64,000 bases of DNA from the NCBI GenBank assembly GCA_010909165.1, contig VJWM01000240.1, positions 1 through 64,000 on the forward strand, in the 5' to 3' direction. Position 1 is the first letter of the stretch. Each line of letters opens with the position of its first letter. The notes beneath the pieces were generated by a model. The model had not been told where the DNA came from and ran no database searches. It was given only the letters and a program-made list of their open reading frames with translations. Both the position numbers and the translations under genes were made by a program. This document shows, one piece after another, positions 60,721 to 64,000 of the stretch. The DNA comes from Anthoceros angustus (Eukaryota; Plantae; Anthocerotophyta).

Positions 60721-63700
60721 ATGAGATGTCCTGTGGAAGTTGGTGGATTGGGCCACCATTACATGAGCAGGCGGTTGCGGAACCATTTGGTGATGGAGGA
60801 GCAAGAATCGGTTTGTCTCTACCTTCCTCGTACACCTATATCGGAGGAGGAGGTTCTTCTGTGACGAGTGGAAGAAGCCAAGATAGAAGCTACTCGGTGA
60901 GGGTAGCGGAAGGAGAGCCATCGGCCCCGGAGGATGAAGAGGCAGGAGGCCCCGGGCAAGAGACCGCCACGCCCCGAACCAACATGAGGCCTCGGGATCG
61001 GGGAACCCAACAAGAGAAAGGGAAAAGGCCATAGAAGCACCTCCTACGGAGGAAGGAGGAAAGGATACGAGACCACCTACGGAGGGTTGAGGATTGGTAG
61101 GCCGACAACACCGGTGGTAGGAGTGAACCCCTACGGTGGGACCCGGAAGGAGGAGGCGGAGGACCTACGGTGAGCTTTACCTCCTACCAAAGTAGTAACA
61201 AGACTTGTTGAGGCGGTGGCGGAGAAGAGCGAGGCGTTGGTGACCTACGGAGGAAGGAGGCGGAAGGAGAGTGGTAGGAGTGAACCCCTACGGTGAGGGT
61301 AGTTCTTGGTGAAGGAAGTGGGCGCAGGATCTATGGACGCCCTAGTGGACCGTGTCGGAGGTGGCCGAGTTCGTCTTGAACTTGAGACCTCTGAGGAGGG
61401 AGGATGCCGAGAAGAAATTGAGAGGAGCTCAAAACCACCTCAGAAGCAACACTCCGTGCTAGATCGGCCAAAGAGCGACGGGATGACCACCAAGTTGGTG
61501 AATGTGTGGGAAATGATTGACTGTGTCTTAGGACAGAGGCAAAATCAGCCAAGAGGGCCGAGGAGTTGGAAACCGCCAGAAGGAGGCGAAGGAAGTTGGA
61601 AGCTACCCTAGCAAGGGTAGGACACATCGAGCAGCAAGGAGGAGGCATCTCACTAGCAAGGCCCCGGGACCTTGAAGGCAGAAGGACCTCCTCGAAGAAG
61701 TTAGTTGCCATGGAGCAACGGAAGGAGCATTACAAGGGAAAGTACGACAGCTTGGTGAAAGAGCGACAAGGATGGGACAATGTGACCAAGGGTCACAAAG
61801 AGGAGCTTCGTATTACGAGAGAACTTTTGGAGCAGCAACGAAAGAAGGCCGACGACCTTACCCACGCCTATGAGACAGAGGCAAGGAACTGCCGGAAGGA
61901 AGTTTTGATGGCCCAACGATCTTTGGAGGGTCTTCAGGTCATTCGAGGAGCAAAGTAGGGCGATCACGCTTATAGTGAAACGCATGGCGATGGAAGCCAT
62001 GGAGAAAGATAAGGAGATTGGGAGGCTTGCCTGGAGTTGGAGAGCGGTAGTGGAGAAAGAGGCCGCATTGGTAGGAGTGACAAATCAGCCGGTGGGACGA
62101 AAAGGCCATCCCACTAAGGGTCCGCATCATGGACGACAAAAGAAGGAGAGTGGTAGGGTGGCGACCTACTACAACAACCTCCTCGAAGCGATTGAGGAAC
62201 GCCATGGAGGAAGACGAAGAAACAGACTCACCGCTCGACGCCAAGTGGAATGGCAACCGAGGTCAAACTTTGAGTTGGTACAAGGAAAGTGTGTGGACAT
62301 AGCCGAACGAGCGAGTCAAGAAGCACCCACGGCGACGCCAGAGAACCTCCCGAGACGGTGGAGCTATCAAGCGGGAGGAAGAGACCGATGGTAGGATGGT
62401 ACCTACCAAAGTTCCTACTGTAGGAACTGCTGAAGAGGAGGAGGTGACCCGGAAGGAAGGTACCTCCGGTCTCTGAAACCAGTGTGAGGAAGGTACCCCA
62501 TAGCAAGATCCAAACAGAGGTAGGAGACGAACCGCCTACCAAGAAGACGAGAACAGAGGGGAGGAACCCATCGAGGATGAACGAGTAGGAGGAATGGAAC
62601 CTCCTACCACAGGAAGACCTACCACCGAGGGCCGACGAGGCGTGCTACCGGCATAGTCCCGAGAAGACTCGAGGTGGGCAAGGCTAAACGACCCATCAAG
62701 GGAAGACATTGAAGCTGCGAGGCGAACAAAAGCGTGACGTGGGATGTCGGTGGGACCTTTTCGGTGGGGCGTTTTGTCCCAAGTGGTGCACACCTTGGGA
62801 AGTGTGAGTATTTAAGAGTGGCGGCGGTATGAGCGGATAGGATATTCGGTCAAGGTGAGCCGGATCGAGCCGAGAGGACGTGAGGGTGGCGGAAGGAGCC
62901 ATCGGCCCCGGAGGATGAAGAGCAGGACGAGGCCCCGGGCAAGAGACCGCCACGCCCGCGAACCAACATGAGGCCTCGGGATCGGGGAACCCAACAAGAG
63001 AAAGGGAAAAGGCCATAGAAGCACCTCCTACGGAGGAAGGAGGAAAGGATACGAGACCACCTAGGGTTGAGGATTGGTAGGCCGACAACACCGGTGGTAG
63101 GAGTGAACCCCTACGGTGGGACCCGGAAGGAGGCGATGGAACCTCCTACGGAGCTTTACCTCCTACCAAGAAGTAGTAACAAGACTTGAGGCGGAAGGAG
63201 GCGGAGGATGCCGAGAAGAACGCCGAGGCGTTGGTGACCTACGGAGGAAGGCGATGGGAAGTGTTGAGGCGGCATCCCTGAGGGTAGTTCTTGAGGCGGA
63301 AGTGGGCGCGGGATCTATGGACGCCCTAGTGGACCGTGTCGGAGGTGGCCGAGTTCGTCGAACTTGAGACCTCTGAGGCGGAAGGAGGCGGAGGATGCCG
63401 AGAAAGAGGAGCTCAAAACCACCTCAGAAGCAACACTCCGTGCTAGATCCGCCAAAGAGCGACGGGATGACCACCAAGTTGGTGAATGTGTGGGAAATGA
63501 TTGACCGGTCTTAGGACGAGGCAAAATCAGCCAAGAGGGCGAGGAGTTGGAAGCTGCCGGGAAGGAGGAAGGAAGTTGGAAGCTACCCTAGCAAGGGTAG
63601 GACACATCGAGCAGCAAGGAGGAGGCATCTCACTAGCAAGGCCGTGGGACCTTGAAGGCAGAAGGACCTCCTCGAAGAAGTTAGTTGCCATGGAGCGGAA

Positions 63701-64000
63701 GGAGCATTACAAGGGAAAATACGGCTTGGTGAAGGAGCGACAAGGATGGGACAATGTGACTAAGGGTCACAAAGAGGAGCTTCGTATTACGAGAGAACTT
63801 TTGGAGCAACGGAAGGAGGCGAGAAGGCGACCTTACCCACGCCTATGAGGCGGAGGCAAGGCTGCGGAAGGAGGTTTTGATGGCCCAACGATCTTTGGAG
63901 GGTCTTGGTCATTCGAGGGAGCGGAAGGAGGCGGCGCGCCATAGTGAAACATGGCGATGGAAGCCATGGAGAAAGATAAGGAGATTGGGAGGCTTGCCAC
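57536..64000 (+). mobile_element. Second member of the TGTGG family, in opposite orientation to 17267-23818; internally duplicated and running off the window
   Basis: Starts TGTGGagcaagcattttGGTCAC, matching the 23818 terminus. Contains gttccttgg repeats and ggctatatatgc. Protein-level matches include MFLRPKEEVWSQGNGWR.SLFKERKWNLFAKIWLGL and KEHYKGKYD...RNCRKEVLM. Confidence 0.85.
60890..64000. repeat. ~2-kb tandem duplication (~60890-62870 and ~62870 to the window end)
   Basis: gagccatcggccccggaggatgaaga...gaaccaacatgaggcctcgggatcgggg and the downstream coiled-coil coding sequence are repeated. Confidence 0.85.

Overview
Eukaryotic, repeat-dominated DNA. The host is most likely a seed-free land plant, inferred from PLS-class PPR fragments, a plant FYR-domain gene with short GT-AG introns and a plant-type CACTA Tnp2; this is not proven. 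No rRNA, tRNA or CRISPR feature was seen. Most ORFs are frameshifted, and several adjacent duplications differ mainly by small indels, so some of the decay may be unpolished long-read error. From left to right: (1) a fungal-type (Tad-like) LINE on the minus strand, with its RT split by a 5.6-kb TG...CA element; (2) a host FYR plus WD40-like gene; (3) a 6.55-kb TGTGG...CCACA element with a perfect 5-bp TSD but no LTR pair; (4) a Sola2-like DDD transposase gene cut in two by a 26.9-kb CACTA-type composite (AGG TSD); (5) a second TGTGG-family element running off the right edge. The CACTA interval carries a Tnp2 transposase, a SET-domain gene directly upstream of it, several orphan ORFs and PPR fragments. 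The best candidate for an undescribed system is this giant multi-gene CACTA with its own SET-domain methyltransferase-like gene. Family assignments come from remembered motifs, not database searches, and coordinates without an exact junction are approximate.
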